NCBI GenBank assembly: GCA_943358175.1
Contig: CALRGV010000003.1
Coordinates: 34,941-98,940 of the forward strand
DNA from: Candidatus Peribacteria bacterium
GTDB lineage: Bacteria > Patescibacteriota > Gracilibacteria > UBA1369 > LOWO2-01-FULL-3
Length of the DNA stretch: 64,000 nt
Reading direction: 5' to 3'
Positions 19,345 through 27,763 of this stretch are shown here, one piece after another. The position numbers and the translations under genes are program-made. Each line of letters starts with the position of its first letter. Within the stretch, counting starts at the first letter, position 1. Under the pieces are notes generated by a model. The model did not search any database and had not been told where the DNA came from. It was given only the letters and a program-made list of their open reading frames with translations.

Positions 19345-19700
19345 AAGAAAGTCATTTTTATGGCAATTACCATAAAGACTATTCCGAAGCTTCTTTTCAA
19401 GGTTTCTGCGGAAATGCCTACCGATAAGGAGGCGCCGATTAGTCCGCCGATGAAAAAGCCCAGACAGATGAGGGCGGCGATCTTGAGGTCTACATGCCCT
19501 TCTTTGTAATAAGTCCAGGCGGCGAGTAGGCCGATGGGTGGGACCATGAGGGCGAGAGTAGTTCCCTGGGCGAGGTGTTGGTTCATACCGAAAATATAGA
19601 CGAGGGCTGGCACTATGATGATGCCGCCGCCGATGCCGAGGAGTCCACTGAGTGTGCCGGCGACTAGTCCGAGGAGGAGACAGAGAAGAATATTGGTCAT
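19341..19700 (-). CDS. TauE/SafE (TSUP) family membrane protein, half-size
   Basis: 119 aa with four hydrophobic helices: LLGIGGGIIIVPALVYIFGM...AQGTTLALMVP. This is about half the usual length of the family. Confidence 0.6.
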   Translation of the reverse strand: MTNILLCLLLGLVAGTLSGLLGIGGGIIIVPALVYIFGMNQHLAQGTTLALMVPPIGLLAAWTYYKEGHVDLKIAALICLGFFIGGLIGASLSVGISAETLKRSFGIVFMVIAIKMTFF

Positions 19701-19733
19701 AAATTTGTTTATTATAGTATTTAATTTAGAACA

Positions 19734-20438
19734 ATGTCCAGAATTGTTAAACGAAAAATTTCCTGTATTGTGCCGGTTTATAATGAAGGAAAGAGAGTTG
19801 GCGGTGTTTTAAAGGCTTTGGTAGGCCATCCTTTGATAAGTGAAGTGATTGTAGTGAACGATGGTTCTACGGACGATAGCGAGAAGGTTTTGAAGAAGGT
19901 GAGGGGAATTAATTTGATTTCGTATAAGAAAAATAAGGGGAAAAGTTTTGCGATGATGACGGGAATGAAAATGGCAAAAAATGATCTCGTGTTGATGATT
20001 GATTCGGATCTTCAGGGGCTGAGGGCCAAGGACGTTACGGCTTTGGTTGAACCGGTTTTGGAGGGCGTGGCGGACGTCGCGATGACTATGAGAAAAAATA
20101 GTTTGGGGATTTATAAAATGATGGGATTGGATTTTGTTTCGGGGGAGAGAATTTTTGATCGGCGGTCTATTCCGGATTTGGGTGAATTGGGAAAGCTGAG
20201 CTGTTTTGGCTTGGAATCTCATTTGAATAATTTGATTGTGAAGCAGGGAGCGAGGCTTGCCGTGGTGAATTGGAAAAATGTTGTTACTCCGAGAAAAGCG
20301 GTGAAATTCGGATTTTTTGAAGGCAGTAAGCGTGATTTTAAAATGGTAATGGAAATTGTGAATTACCTTGGAGTGAAAGGGATTTACAAACAAATTCGGG
20401 GGATGAAAAAATTGATGGTAAAAAGAAAAAAGGTCTAG
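19734..20438 (+). CDS. family 2 glycosyltransferase (polyprenol-phosphate glycosyltransferase-like)
   Basis: ISCIVPVYNEGKRV...VIVVNDGSTDDS...LMIDSDLQ, the GT2 DxD architecture. Confidence 0.8.
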   Translation: MSRIVKRKISCIVPVYNEGKRVGGVLKALVGHPLISEVIVVNDGSTDDSEKVLKKVRGINLISYKKNKGKSFAMMTGMKMAKNDLVLMIDSDLQGLRAKDVTALVEPVLEGVADVAMTMRKNSLGIYKMMGLDFVSGERIFDRRSIPDLGELGKLSCFGLESHLNNLIVKQGARLAVVNWKNVVTPRKAVKFGFFEGSKRDFKMVMEIVNYLGVKGIYKQIRGMKKLMVKRKKV

Positions 20439-21439
20439 ATGCGAGAAAGGTTTTTGATGAAGAGATCACACCATTTTGCGGAAGAAAATTTCAGAGCTTT
20501 TTTGATGCAGTTGGCTGGTTTTAGTTTGAGGCAGTTTAGGGCGTTTTTTTCGAGGTTTGGACCGAGAAAGCCATCTACGCCGTTTTTTATTAAATCCTTT
20601 GGTCCTTGGACATTGTAGGCAGCTACGGGAACTCCGCAAGCGAGGGCTTCGAGAATCACGAGCCCGAAGGTATCTGTTTTTGATGGGAAAACGAAAACGT
20701 CGGAAATTGAAAGCAAGTCGACCAATTCTTGGCCTGTTTTGCAGCCGGTGAAGACTGTGTCGTTTTTGAAGTGTTTTTTGAGAGATTTTAGAGCTGTGCC
20801 TTCGCCAATTACGAGTTTTGTGCCTGGAAGTTTGCACTTCAAGAAAGCTTCAATGTTTTTTTCAGCCGTGACTCGTCCGAGGAAGGTGAAAATCGGTTTT
20901 TTCAGATCCGGGGGGATTTTTGCTTCAGGATTTTTTTTGAAAAAATTGGTGTCGACGCCGAGGGGAATCAGAGCAACATTTTTGAATTTTTTCTTTTCGA
21001 GGAGATGCTTAAACATGGGAGAGCTGACCATGGTTTTTTCACTTTTTTTGTGAAACCAGCGCATGTAGTGGTAAATGGCATTTTTTGAGAGACCGGTGCG
21101 GATTTCGATATATTCCGGTAATTGAGTGTGATAGTGGGTGGTAAATTTCCACTTGTTTTTGCTGCAGGCGAGGCGGGCGGCAAAACCCACTGGGCCTTCG
21201 GTGGCAATATGGATGTAATCAGGGCTGAATTCCTTGATTATTTTTTCCATTTTGCGACGACCAAGAATAGCTAATTTTATGTCCGGATCTGTAAAAAGCG
21301 GGACATTTTTGAATTCTCCGGGATGAACTATTTTTACTGTAAAATTGCGTTTTTCGAGGCCTTCTTTGAGTTGTTTTATGCTGGTTACGACTCCGTTAAT
21401 GTTTTTCCAGACGTCGGTGGCGATTAAGATTTTTTTCAT
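20435..21439 (-). CDS. family 4 (GT-B) glycosyltransferase
   Basis: MKKILIATDVWKNINGVVTS, FLGRVTAEKNIE, and VFVFPSKTDTFGLVILEALACGVPVAA (EX7E region). Confidence 0.8.
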   Translation of the reverse strand: MKKILIATDVWKNINGVVTSIKQLKEGLEKRNFTVKIVHPGEFKNVPLFTDPDIKLAILGRRKMEKIIKEFSPDYIHIATEGPVGFAARLACSKNKWKFTTHYHTQLPEYIEIRTGLSKNAIYHYMRWFHKKSEKTMVSSPMFKHLLEKKKFKNVALIPLGVDTNFFKKNPEAKIPPDLKKPIFTFLGRVTAEKNIEAFLKCKLPGTKLVIGEGTALKSLKKHFKNDTVFTGCKTGQELVDLLSISDVFVFPSKTDTFGLVILEALACGVPVAAYNVQGPKDLIKNGVDGFLGPNLEKNALNCLKLKPANCIKKALKFSSAKWCDLFIKNLSRI

Positions 21440-21459
21440 GGGTGGGGTGGGGGTCTTTT

Positions 21460-21544
21460 ATAGGCTCACTTCGCTCAGAAGTGGCGGAGCCACATTCTTC
21501 GCTTGTTGCGCGCTCGCTATGCTCGCCATAGGCTCACTTCGCTC
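21460..21544. repeat. GC-rich intergenic repeat element, copy 1
   Basis: A 17-bp perfect direct repeat, ataggctcacttcgctc, occurs at 21460-21476 and 21528-21544. It brackets a hairpin, agaagtggc-gga-gccacattct (21477-21498). The 26-nt core at 21475-21500 recurs at 24946-24971 with one mismatch. Confidence 0.7.
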
Positions 21545-22106
21545 GCCGGCTATAAAAAAAGTAGGCGACAATTGGGATGGCGATGATGGTCAGGATGATT
21601 CCCGCATATTGGATATAACTATCCAGAGCAACATACGCTTCATTAAAATAATAGCCAAGAAGTAGCATAATTGGTATTTTGACGATACTGGCAGCGGTGT
21701 TAATTGTTATGAATTTTAAAAAGTTCATTTTCGCTGTACCGGCTGCGAAAAGAATCACGCTACCCCATGGTTGGGTTTTGCCGAGGAAGAGGGTTCTTTT
21801 TGGCGCGTGATTATGAAAGTGGTGATCGAGAGCGGCCATTTTTTCTTCTTTGATTTTGACCAAATAACCCCATCTTTTGATGAATGGGCGCCCGCCAAAG
21901 CGACCAAGACAATAATAGGCTGTGTCGCCGACAATGTCCCCAAGTAGTATTAGTAAATATGCTAAATAGGGATCCAGGAGGTTTCTGGCGATCAGCACGC
22001 CACATAGAATTGTTAACATCGGCCCTTCGATAATCGAAATAGGGAAGATTATCAGGTATTTGTAGGTGAGGAGTAGATTTAGGAGTTGGTCGAGTGGGTG
22101 GTCCAT
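21534..22106 (-). CDS. DedA/VTT-domain membrane protein
   Basis: 190 aa: YKYLIIFPISIIEGPMLTILCGVLI...GDTAYYCLGRFGGRPF, as in DedA family proteins. Confidence 0.75.
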   Translation of the reverse strand: MDHPLDQLLNLLLTYKYLIIFPISIIEGPMLTILCGVLIARNLLDPYLAYLLILLGDIVGDTAYYCLGRFGGRPFIKRWGYLVKIKEEKMAALDHHFHNHAPKRTLFLGKTQPWGSVILFAAGTAKMNFLKFITINTAASIVKIPIMLLLGYYFNEAYVALDSYIQYAGIILTIIAIPIVAYFFYSRRAK

Positions 22107-22168
22107 GTTGCTATTATGGCTGTTTTATGGTACAATTTCAATGTTAAAACAAATAAAAAAATAAATTT

Positions 22169-23686
22169 ATGTCAAAAGAAACAGGCGAAAAGTCTTTAGG
22201 GGTAGCGGCGCAAGCTCCAGATGGCAAGGAAAAAGCAGCCGAGATTGTTCTAAGTAAAGAGTCCGTGCAAGAAAGAGGAAAGAGAGCCCGTGAGGCCAAT
22301 GAGACTAATCATGACGTGATTTATACTTTTGATAATCATGAGCTGGGTAAATACGAACTATCCGCTGAACAATTGGCTAAAAGACCGAAGTTGAGCAATA
22401 AATATGAATTTCGTGCTCTTGGTGGAGTGGATTCCACACCTTTTAATCCGGATAAAATTGATCAGGCGATGGTTTTAAAGATGTCCGATTGGGCAAATAA
22501 ATTTGCCGCATTATGTGTAACGCAAAATTTTGTGACAAATTTTGAAACTATGCAACCTGCCAATCAGCCTAAAATGCTTGCAATTATTGATAAAATTGCT
22601 CAGGCCAGCTTGAAAATGAAGCAGGGAACTTTTGATTTGGAAGCATTTAAAGAAAAGTTGGTAAAGGATTATGGTGACGATTGGATTAATGGTCCTCAGG
22701 GTGCCTGGAATCTTTTGTTGGCTGTACATCGTGCGGATGAGGCCGTGAAGGGTATGGATGTATCAAAGGTTGTTTATGATTTACGTGTCGGTAAGAAAAA
22801 ATTACAACAGGCTTTGAGATATTCGGAAATTTGGCAGAAAGGAGCTGTCGATAATTCCAAGCAAATTGATGGAAAAAAGCAGCAAGAGCTTGATTCAAAA
22901 GTAGTGGATGTTCAAATCGCAAAATTGCAAAAAGAGGAAGCTTTGAAGCTAGAAAGGGAAAAATCCGCGGTGGAATTGGGAATATCTTTGGAGGCTTTGG
23001 GCGGTGAGTTTAAGGCTAAATATGGTTATGAAGTGAAATTCAAGAGAGAGGTTGGGAAAAATGGTGATGTTGGATTTACGACTAAAGTGAAAAATAAAGC
23101 CGGTAATTTGGAGAGAACTTTTAATGCCAGAGTGTTGATACGTGATGGGAAGGTGGCTATTTCTTTGTCCAGTGTATCTTTCCGGGATGATGTTTTTCAC
23201 GATAACGTAAAGGATGCCGTAGAAGCCCTCAAGGCTAAAATGGATGTCAAACTTAAGGGTATGAAGGATTATGATAAAACGGAGGTGGAGGATTTGAATA
23301 AGAATTTTTTAGCCGATTTGAAAGTTTTCTTTAGTGGTAATTATTTGAGAAGTTCGGTGAGAGTCTCCAAAGAATCAAACGGTCTTTATGCCGGTGGAGT
23401 GAAGGTTGAGGATGCGTTTTGTTCTTTACAGGTTGGTAATGAAGTTTACTTTGTTTATCCAAATGCTGATGCCAGAACTATAGATTTAAAGAAAGTTGAG
23501 GAGTTTGATACGAATAAATTTGCTTTGAAAACTGTCAAAACAATTCCTGTTTCTAATCTTAGAAAAGCTGATGGATCCGGTCAAATTGATGAAGATGCTT
23601 CTGATAAATTTGGAACCGATTTGTCTGAAATTTTATTTAGTTTAACTCATAAAAAACCAATATATGTCTCTAGAAAGGCCGAATAA
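22169..23686 (+). CDS. hypothetical protein, paralog A of a tandem pair
   Basis: 505 aa, no signal peptide. It shares blocks with the next gene: YEFRALGGVDSTPF / YTYRAIGGVDATSF, KQGTFDLEAFK / KKGTFDLEKFK, LLAVHRADEAVK / LLAIHRADEAVK, VVYDLRVGKKKL / VVYDLRIGNKKL, and FFSGNYL...YFVYP / FFSGKYL...YFVYP. Confidence 0.6.
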   Translation: MSKETGEKSLGVAAQAPDGKEKAAEIVLSKESVQERGKRAREANETNHDVIYTFDNHELGKYELSAEQLAKRPKLSNKYEFRALGGVDSTPFNPDKIDQAMVLKMSDWANKFAALCVTQNFVTNFETMQPANQPKMLAIIDKIAQASLKMKQGTFDLEAFKEKLVKDYGDDWINGPQGAWNLLLAVHRADEAVKGMDVSKVVYDLRVGKKKLQQALRYSEIWQKGAVDNSKQIDGKKQQELDSKVVDVQIAKLQKEEALKLEREKSAVELGISLEALGGEFKAKYGYEVKFKREVGKNGDVGFTTKVKNKAGNLERTFNARVLIRDGKVAISLSSVSFRDDVFHDNVKDAVEALKAKMDVKLKGMKDYDKTEVEDLNKNFLADLKVFFSGNYLRSSVRVSKESNGLYAGGVKVEDAFCSLQVGNEVYFVYPNADARTIDLKKVEEFDTNKFALKTVKTIPVSNLRKADGSGQIDEDASDKFGTDLSEILFSLTHKKPIYVSRKAE

Positions 23687-24824
23687 ATTGGGTGAGAAGC
23701 TTGAAGCTCAAAAGCCTCAAGTGGACGTGAAGAAACTTCGCGAAAACCGTGATCAAAGGAACAGGGCTATTCGAATATCAAAAAATAAACAGGAAGCTCA
23801 AAAAAATGGTGAAGAGATTCTTTTGGTTCATGATGCCCTTGGGTTAGGGAAGTATGAGTCAAAGCTAAGAGCTCCACCAATGGAAAAGGAATATACTTAC
23901 CGTGCTATCGGTGGCGTGGATGCAACATCTTTTGAGGAAAAAAAGATTAATACCGCAGATCTTGTTAAGATGTCCGCTTTGGCTCGAAAATTTGCTGATT
24001 TATATCTTGGTGAGGGAAGGATTGTTTCAAATTTTAGTACCTTGAAGGGTGAGGATTCCGAAGCTGAAGTTTTGGCAATTATAGAAGATATTGGAAATGT
24101 TGATGCACAGGTAAAGAAGGGGACTTTTGATCTTGAAAAATTCAAAAATAGTCTCAAAGATCGTTCATATGATTTGGTTTATGGTCCACAGGGTGTTTTT
24201 AATATTTTACTTGCCATTCATCGTGCGGATGAAGCGGTAAAGGATAAAAACTCAACGAATGTTGTTTATGATTTACGTATTGGAAATAAAAAACTTTCTC
24301 AATCTTTGAGATATACGGAGTTGAGACGTAAGACAATTAAGGTGAAGGGTGTTCAATCACCCGAAGAGGTTATGGCTGATGCGGAAAAGGGTCTTGATAG
24401 AAAGGCGGCCGTGAAAGAAAAAGTACAGGCTGTTTTTGATAGAAATATTTTTGATAAAAATGTTGCAGAATTTTTTAGCGGAAAATATTTGAAAGAAGTT
24501 TGCCCAGGTTGTGATGTGGCGAAGGATAAGATTAAGGGAAAATATGAGGGTGGCGTGGAGGTTAATGATGCTAAATATCTTATTATGACAAAACATGGTA
24601 AGTATTTTGTTTATCCGAGTGGTGGAAAGATGGGAACAGTAGAATTGAAAGTTATAAAGGAAGTTTCAAATAATAAGTTTGAGCTTGTGGTGGTAGACGA
24701 AATTTTAACCGGAAATTTGGATGGCGAAGATGCTAAAAAAGCTTTAGCTGTTGCAATTAATAAGACAATTGAAAAACAAGAGGGTAGAGGTCCTAAGAAA
24801 GAAGGCGCAGGGCTTGTTGATTAG
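23664..24824 (+). CDS. hypothetical protein, paralog B of a tandem pair
   Basis: 386 aa with the same conserved blocks as 22169-23686, but lacking about 120 aa in the middle. Its start overlaps the upstream stop by 23 nt. Confidence 0.6.
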   Translation: MSLERPNKLGEKLEAQKPQVDVKKLRENRDQRNRAIRISKNKQEAQKNGEEILLVHDALGLGKYESKLRAPPMEKEYTYRAIGGVDATSFEEKKINTADLVKMSALARKFADLYLGEGRIVSNFSTLKGEDSEAEVLAIIEDIGNVDAQVKKGTFDLEKFKNSLKDRSYDLVYGPQGVFNILLAIHRADEAVKDKNSTNVVYDLRIGNKKLSQSLRYTELRRKTIKVKGVQSPEEVMADAEKGLDRKAAVKEKVQAVFDRNIFDKNVAEFFSGKYLKEVCPGCDVAKDKIKGKYEGGVEVNDAKYLIMTKHGKYFVYPSGGKMGTVELKVIKEVSNNKFELVVVDEILTGNLDGEDAKKALAVAINKTIEKQEGRGPKKEGAGLVD

Positions 24825-24834
24825 TGGATTTTGA

Positions 24835-24924
24835 TGGCGGAGGGAGAGAGATTCGAACTCTCGAGAGTCTTGCGACCCTACATCGTTTCCAACGATGCGC
24901 ACTCGGCCACTATGCGATCCCTCC
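24835..24924 (-). tRNA. tRNA-Ser (anticodon GGA), CCA encoded
   Basis: The reverse complement reads GGAGGGA-TC-GCA..TGC-G-CATCG-TTGGAAA-CGATG-long variable arm (GGGTC-GCAA-GACTC)-GAGAG-TTCGAAT-CTCTC-TCCCTCC-G-CCA. This is a class II cloverleaf of 90 nt. Confidence 0.9.
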
Positions 24925-24930
24925 TGATTG

Positions 24931-25125
24931 ATAAGCTCGCGTCGTTCAGAAGTGGCAGAGCCACATTCTTCCCTAGCTGCGCGCTCGTGCCGTGCACTCG
25001 CGTGGTGCTTCGATGCTTGTGAGCCACACGCTTCACTTGTTCGCGCTCGCGCCGTGCGCTTGCCCCTTAGTACTTTGCGTCCGTGCTTAATTGTAAGCTC
25101 ACTGCGTTCAGCGATGGCAGCTCAG
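24931..25125. repeat. GC-rich intergenic repeat element, copies 2-3 (degenerate tandem)
   Basis: 24931-24991 aligns with 21460-21520 (ataagctcgcgtcgttcagaagtggcagagccacattcttc...tgcgcgctcg). 25021-25064 repeats the second half (gagccaca..cttgttcgcgctcgc). 25093-25125 repeats the first half (gtaagctcactgcgttcagcgatggcagctcag). Confidence 0.65.
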
Positions 25126-25184
25126 TTTTTATAGCATTTAAATGCTTTTTGTGGCAAGTTGTTCGCAGTATTTAATAAATTTTT

Positions 25185-25832
25185 ATGGGATTTTTTCAGA
25201 TGGATGTGTGGCAGGTTATAACTTTTATCCTCGCCCTCTTGGCTACCCTTACTTTTCATGAAGCTTCGCATGCGCTGGTGGCCTATTATCTAGGTGATCC
25301 TACAGCCAAAATGGAAGGGCGCGTGAGTTTCAACCCTATTCGTCATTTGGATCCTATGGGGACTTTGGTTTTTTTGATAACATGGACTGTGGGCTGGGGC
25401 AAGCCTGTTCCGGTGAATCCGCGTAATTTCAAACATCCTGTGCGCGATAGTGCCTTGGTGGCCTTGGCCGGGCCGGTGTCGAATCTTGTTTTCGCTTTTG
25501 TGATAGCGCTTTTGTGGAAATATTTGGGGGATTATATGTGGGCTCCTTTGCTGCTTTTTGTGCAAACACTTTTTCATATGAATGTGTTTCTGGCGATTTT
25601 TAACTTTTTTCCTTTCCCTCCTCTTGATGGTTCGAAGGTGTTGGGACTGATAATTCCTCGCGCTTGGTATTCAAAATATGACGATTATTTGGAAAATGGA
25701 GTTAAATATTTTGTTGTCATAATACTGATTGATGTTTTTATTCTGGGTAATGTCTTGGGATTCTCTGTTTTCAGCTACGTGATGCAATTCCTGCATGAGC
25801 GAGTAAGCACAATTTTACTTTTGGGCACCTAG
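25185..25832 (+). CDS. site-2 protease family (peptidase M50) membrane metalloprotease
   Basis: HEASHALVAYYLGD (HExxH) and NFFPFPPLDGSKVLG (second metal-ligand motif), with several TM helices. Confidence 0.8.
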   Translation: MGFFQMDVWQVITFILALLATLTFHEASHALVAYYLGDPTAKMEGRVSFNPIRHLDPMGTLVFLITWTVGWGKPVPVNPRNFKHPVRDSALVALAGPVSNLVFAFVIALLWKYLGDYMWAPLLLFVQTLFHMNVFLAIFNFFPFPPLDGSKVLGLIIPRAWYSKYDDYLENGVKYFVVIILIDVFILGNVLGFSVFSYVMQFLHERVSTILLLGT

Positions 25833-26246
25833 GGGTAGTGGTGTTTTTGGATTTTGAGCAGCCTTATGTTGTGGGGCTTGCAGTCTAGAAATGGCTTTGC
25901 CAAGCCTTTACTTCGCCTTAGTTTCTGATACTATGTGGGCATGCTCTACTTTGTTTGTAAGAGTTCTGTCTACTCTCTCTATCAAACTGCAATCGGGAGT
26001 CCAATTATTACTTTCAGCCTTGGTTGAAAGTTGCGGACACCCACCTTGTACCCATGGGGGCCAAGTAATTAGGATCAAAACGGCACGGCAGAGCAATAGT
26101 GCGATTGAAAATTAGTTAGGGGTGCGATTTGAGCCTTCATGTAGGGGAATCGCAATGGAATCCACCGCTTTCAGTGGTCGATTGCTTGAAAATTCAGATA
26201 GGACTCACTCAGGAGTTCAGAATCTAAGCCCGGATATGGGCTTTTT
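25833..26246 (+). ncRNA. candidate structured non-coding RNA or structured 3' UTR, family unassigned
   Basis: 414 nt with no credible CDS (only mutually overlapping ORFs on both strands). By eye it is richer in G+C than its surroundings. Local hairpins include ggctt-tgcc-aagcc (25892-25905), agagt-tctgtct-actct, ctttca-gccttggt-tgaaag and gtgcgatt...aatcgca. It ends in a plus-strand terminator. Confidence 0.3.
26226..26246 (+). terminator. rho-independent terminator (plus-strand orientation)
   Basis: aagccc-ggatat-gggctt followed by TTTTT. The T-run is present only on the plus strand. Confidence 0.55.
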
Positions 26247-26266
26247 AAGGATGTGGTGGTGGCGGA

Positions 26267-26875
26267 TTATTTAATCGTAAGAGTGTTTTCAATCAATGAT
26301 ACGAAATCATCATATGGTTTGTATTCAGCCTGATTTATCTTTTTCGGTGCTTTGATCTTTTTGATGTAGTTTTCTTCGAGACAATTTAAGGAAGGCCCTT
26401 TCTCTGAGGCTTTGAATCTGTTGCTAAAATCATTTAATATGACGGAATAGATCTTGTCTCCCTGATGGGCTTTAAGTTCATACATTGGTGAAGGTATTCC
26501 ATCCCAGCTTTCGGGTCCTGAACAATATACGGTCAAAGAACCTTTTCCTCCTTTGAAATTAATTATTCCGGGTGCAGTGCCATTTTCAATATCTTGTTGT
26601 ATTTTTTTTTCATCTTGCTGGCATCCTCCGAGTTCTCCGCATACGGTTTGCATTTCACTTATATTTCCCTCGTAAACATATAGATGAGGCGTTTTTTCGT
26701 ATGAAGCGTTGGCATATTCCAGTGACCAAGCGGCTGGGTATTCGAAGCTTAAGTTGGATTTGGGACTTGAGTATTGTTTTGTGATTGTTTTAACGGGATT
26801 GTCGGCAGGCTGTGGTTGCGTGCATCCTAAAAGAAGTGCTGAAATCACAAACAAAACGGAGATGATTTTTTTCAT
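26267..26875 (-). CDS. lipoprotein of unknown function
   Basis: MKKIISVLFVISALLLG/C lipobox. 202 aa with five further Cys. Its start overlaps the stop of the upstream RnfD-like gene (ATGA). Confidence 0.6.
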   Translation of the reverse strand: MKKIISVLFVISALLLGCTQPQPADNPVKTITKQYSSPKSNLSFEYPAAWSLEYANASYEKTPHLYVYEGNISEMQTVCGELGGCQQDEKKIQQDIENGTAPGIINFKGGKGSLTVYCSGPESWDGIPSPMYELKAHQGDKIYSVILNDFSNRFKASEKGPSLNCLEENYIKKIKAPKKINQAEYKPYDDFVSLIENTLTIK

Positions 26876-27717
26876 GTTGTCTCTGGGTTATTTTTTGGCT
26901 TGGCCATCTTTTTAATCATCATCCATTTGGTAATGAAGAAGTAGAGGTTTGGAATGAGGATTGCGAGTAGGCTTGAAGTTGGGAAATTTGTTGTCAGGTA
27001 TAGGGTGGAGAAGATTGCGGCGATTAGACCGTAGATGATTTGTTGTTTTCGCATAAGTGGGGAAGTGCGCGGTTCGCAGAGCATGATGAACGCGAAGAAA
27101 TAAATTGTGCTGTCGGTGAAAGTGAATTTGAGGAAATCGAGGATACTTGGGTCGCCGGCCATTTGCATTGTGATGAAGGCTCCTATTGTAAAAAATATGA
27201 GATAACTCAGTGCCACAGGCCATTTTCTCCAGTTTTTGAAACTAAAAATAATCCAGATTGCAATTAAAATTAAGGCGAATGGTATAGATCCAAAAGAGTA
27301 GGAAGCGCCCCACCAGGAGATGAAATTTAAGTTAATTGAAGGGAAAATGTTCGCAAAAAGTTCTAAAGCAAAAAGTCCCAGAACTACCGGATTGAAAATT
27401 GGTGAGCCTTTCCATTTTATGAAAAATTTTGAGAAAATCACCAGAGTGATGATGAACATTGTGGTTAAAGCATCGGTTGGTTTTGAGCCGTAGTGAAGTA
27501 CTAGGAAAATAATTAAACAACTGATAATGGTGTTCGCGATGTTTTTATTTTGATTTGTGAGGTATTTGAAAACGTAAAAAATAATTATACCGAAGCCAAC
27601 TGTGGCGGCCAAGTGGATGAAAATTTGTAGCTGAAAATTGTTTTTGACAATTGCTCCGATGGCGAGGAGCTGCAATAGGATTGTGATTTCTTGAGTGGAA
27701 TTCAGCTTGAGTTTCAT
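26872..27717 (-). CDS. RnfD/NqrB-family-like integral membrane protein (short)
   Basis: 281 aa, polytopic. FAFIMLCEPRTSPLMRKQQIIYGLIAAIF resembles the conserved FFMxTDPxTSP...G..iYG motif of the NQR2/RnfD/RnfE family. Confidence 0.5.
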   Translation of the reverse strand: MKLKLNSTQEITILLQLLAIGAIVKNNFQLQIFIHLAATVGFGIIIFYVFKYLTNQNKNIANTIISCLIIFLVLHYGSKPTDALTTMFIITLVIFSKFFIKWKGSPIFNPVVLGLFALELFANIFPSINLNFISWWGASYSFGSIPFALILIAIWIIFSFKNWRKWPVALSYLIFFTIGAFITMQMAGDPSILDFLKFTFTDSTIYFFAFIMLCEPRTSPLMRKQQIIYGLIAAIFSTLYLTTNFPTSSLLAILIPNLYFFITKWMMIKKMAKPKNNPETT

Positions 27718-27720
27718 AGG

Positions 27721-27750
27721 TTGTTGGGGTATGTTTTTTTTACTTATAAT
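27721..27750 (+). promoter_or_regulatory. candidate promoter for the FMN-binding lipoprotein/ApbE operon
   Basis: TTGTTG (27721-27726), 18-nt spacer, TATAAT (27745-27750), 13 nt before the ATG at 27764. Confidence 0.35.
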
Positions 27751-27763
27751 TTATTCTCAATTT

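Noticed and set aside
19809-20393. 194-aa ORF antisense to the GT2 gene, and 123-aa and 104-aa ORFs within the GT4 gene
   Set aside because: These are shadow ORFs inside genes with clear glycosyltransferase motifs.
21460-25130. CRISPR array or CRISPR-like spacing of the GC-rich repeats
   Set aside because: The repeats are not regularly spaced with unique spacers of uniform length. The units are degenerate and partial, and no cas genes are present.
24831-25134. Two listed ORFs (63 and 68 aa) in the tRNA-Ser/repeat region
   Set aside because: One runs antisense through the tRNA gene and both traverse the GC-rich repeat array. Their open frames are explained by GC richness.
25833-26246. tmRNA (ssrA): the segment starts with GGGG, contains a GGATTTTGAG stretch resembling the tmRNA 5' region, and smpB is in the window
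   Set aside because: I could not find a T-arm (GGTTCGAATCC-like) followed by an acceptor 3' strand complementary to GGGGTAG plus ACCA anywhere before the terminator. No short tag ORF ends in a hydrophobic ..LAA-type tail with a stop codon.
25833-26246. RNase P RNA: GGGAGTCC resembles the P4 GGAAAGUCC, and GGCCAAGTAATTAGG resembles GGCCAAAUAGG
   Set aside because: The 3' P4 strand consensus ACAGAAnnCGGCUUA is absent on both strands, and AGGGUGAAA/GGUAAGAGCGCACC-type CR-II/III motifs are missing. It is left as an unassigned RNA candidate.
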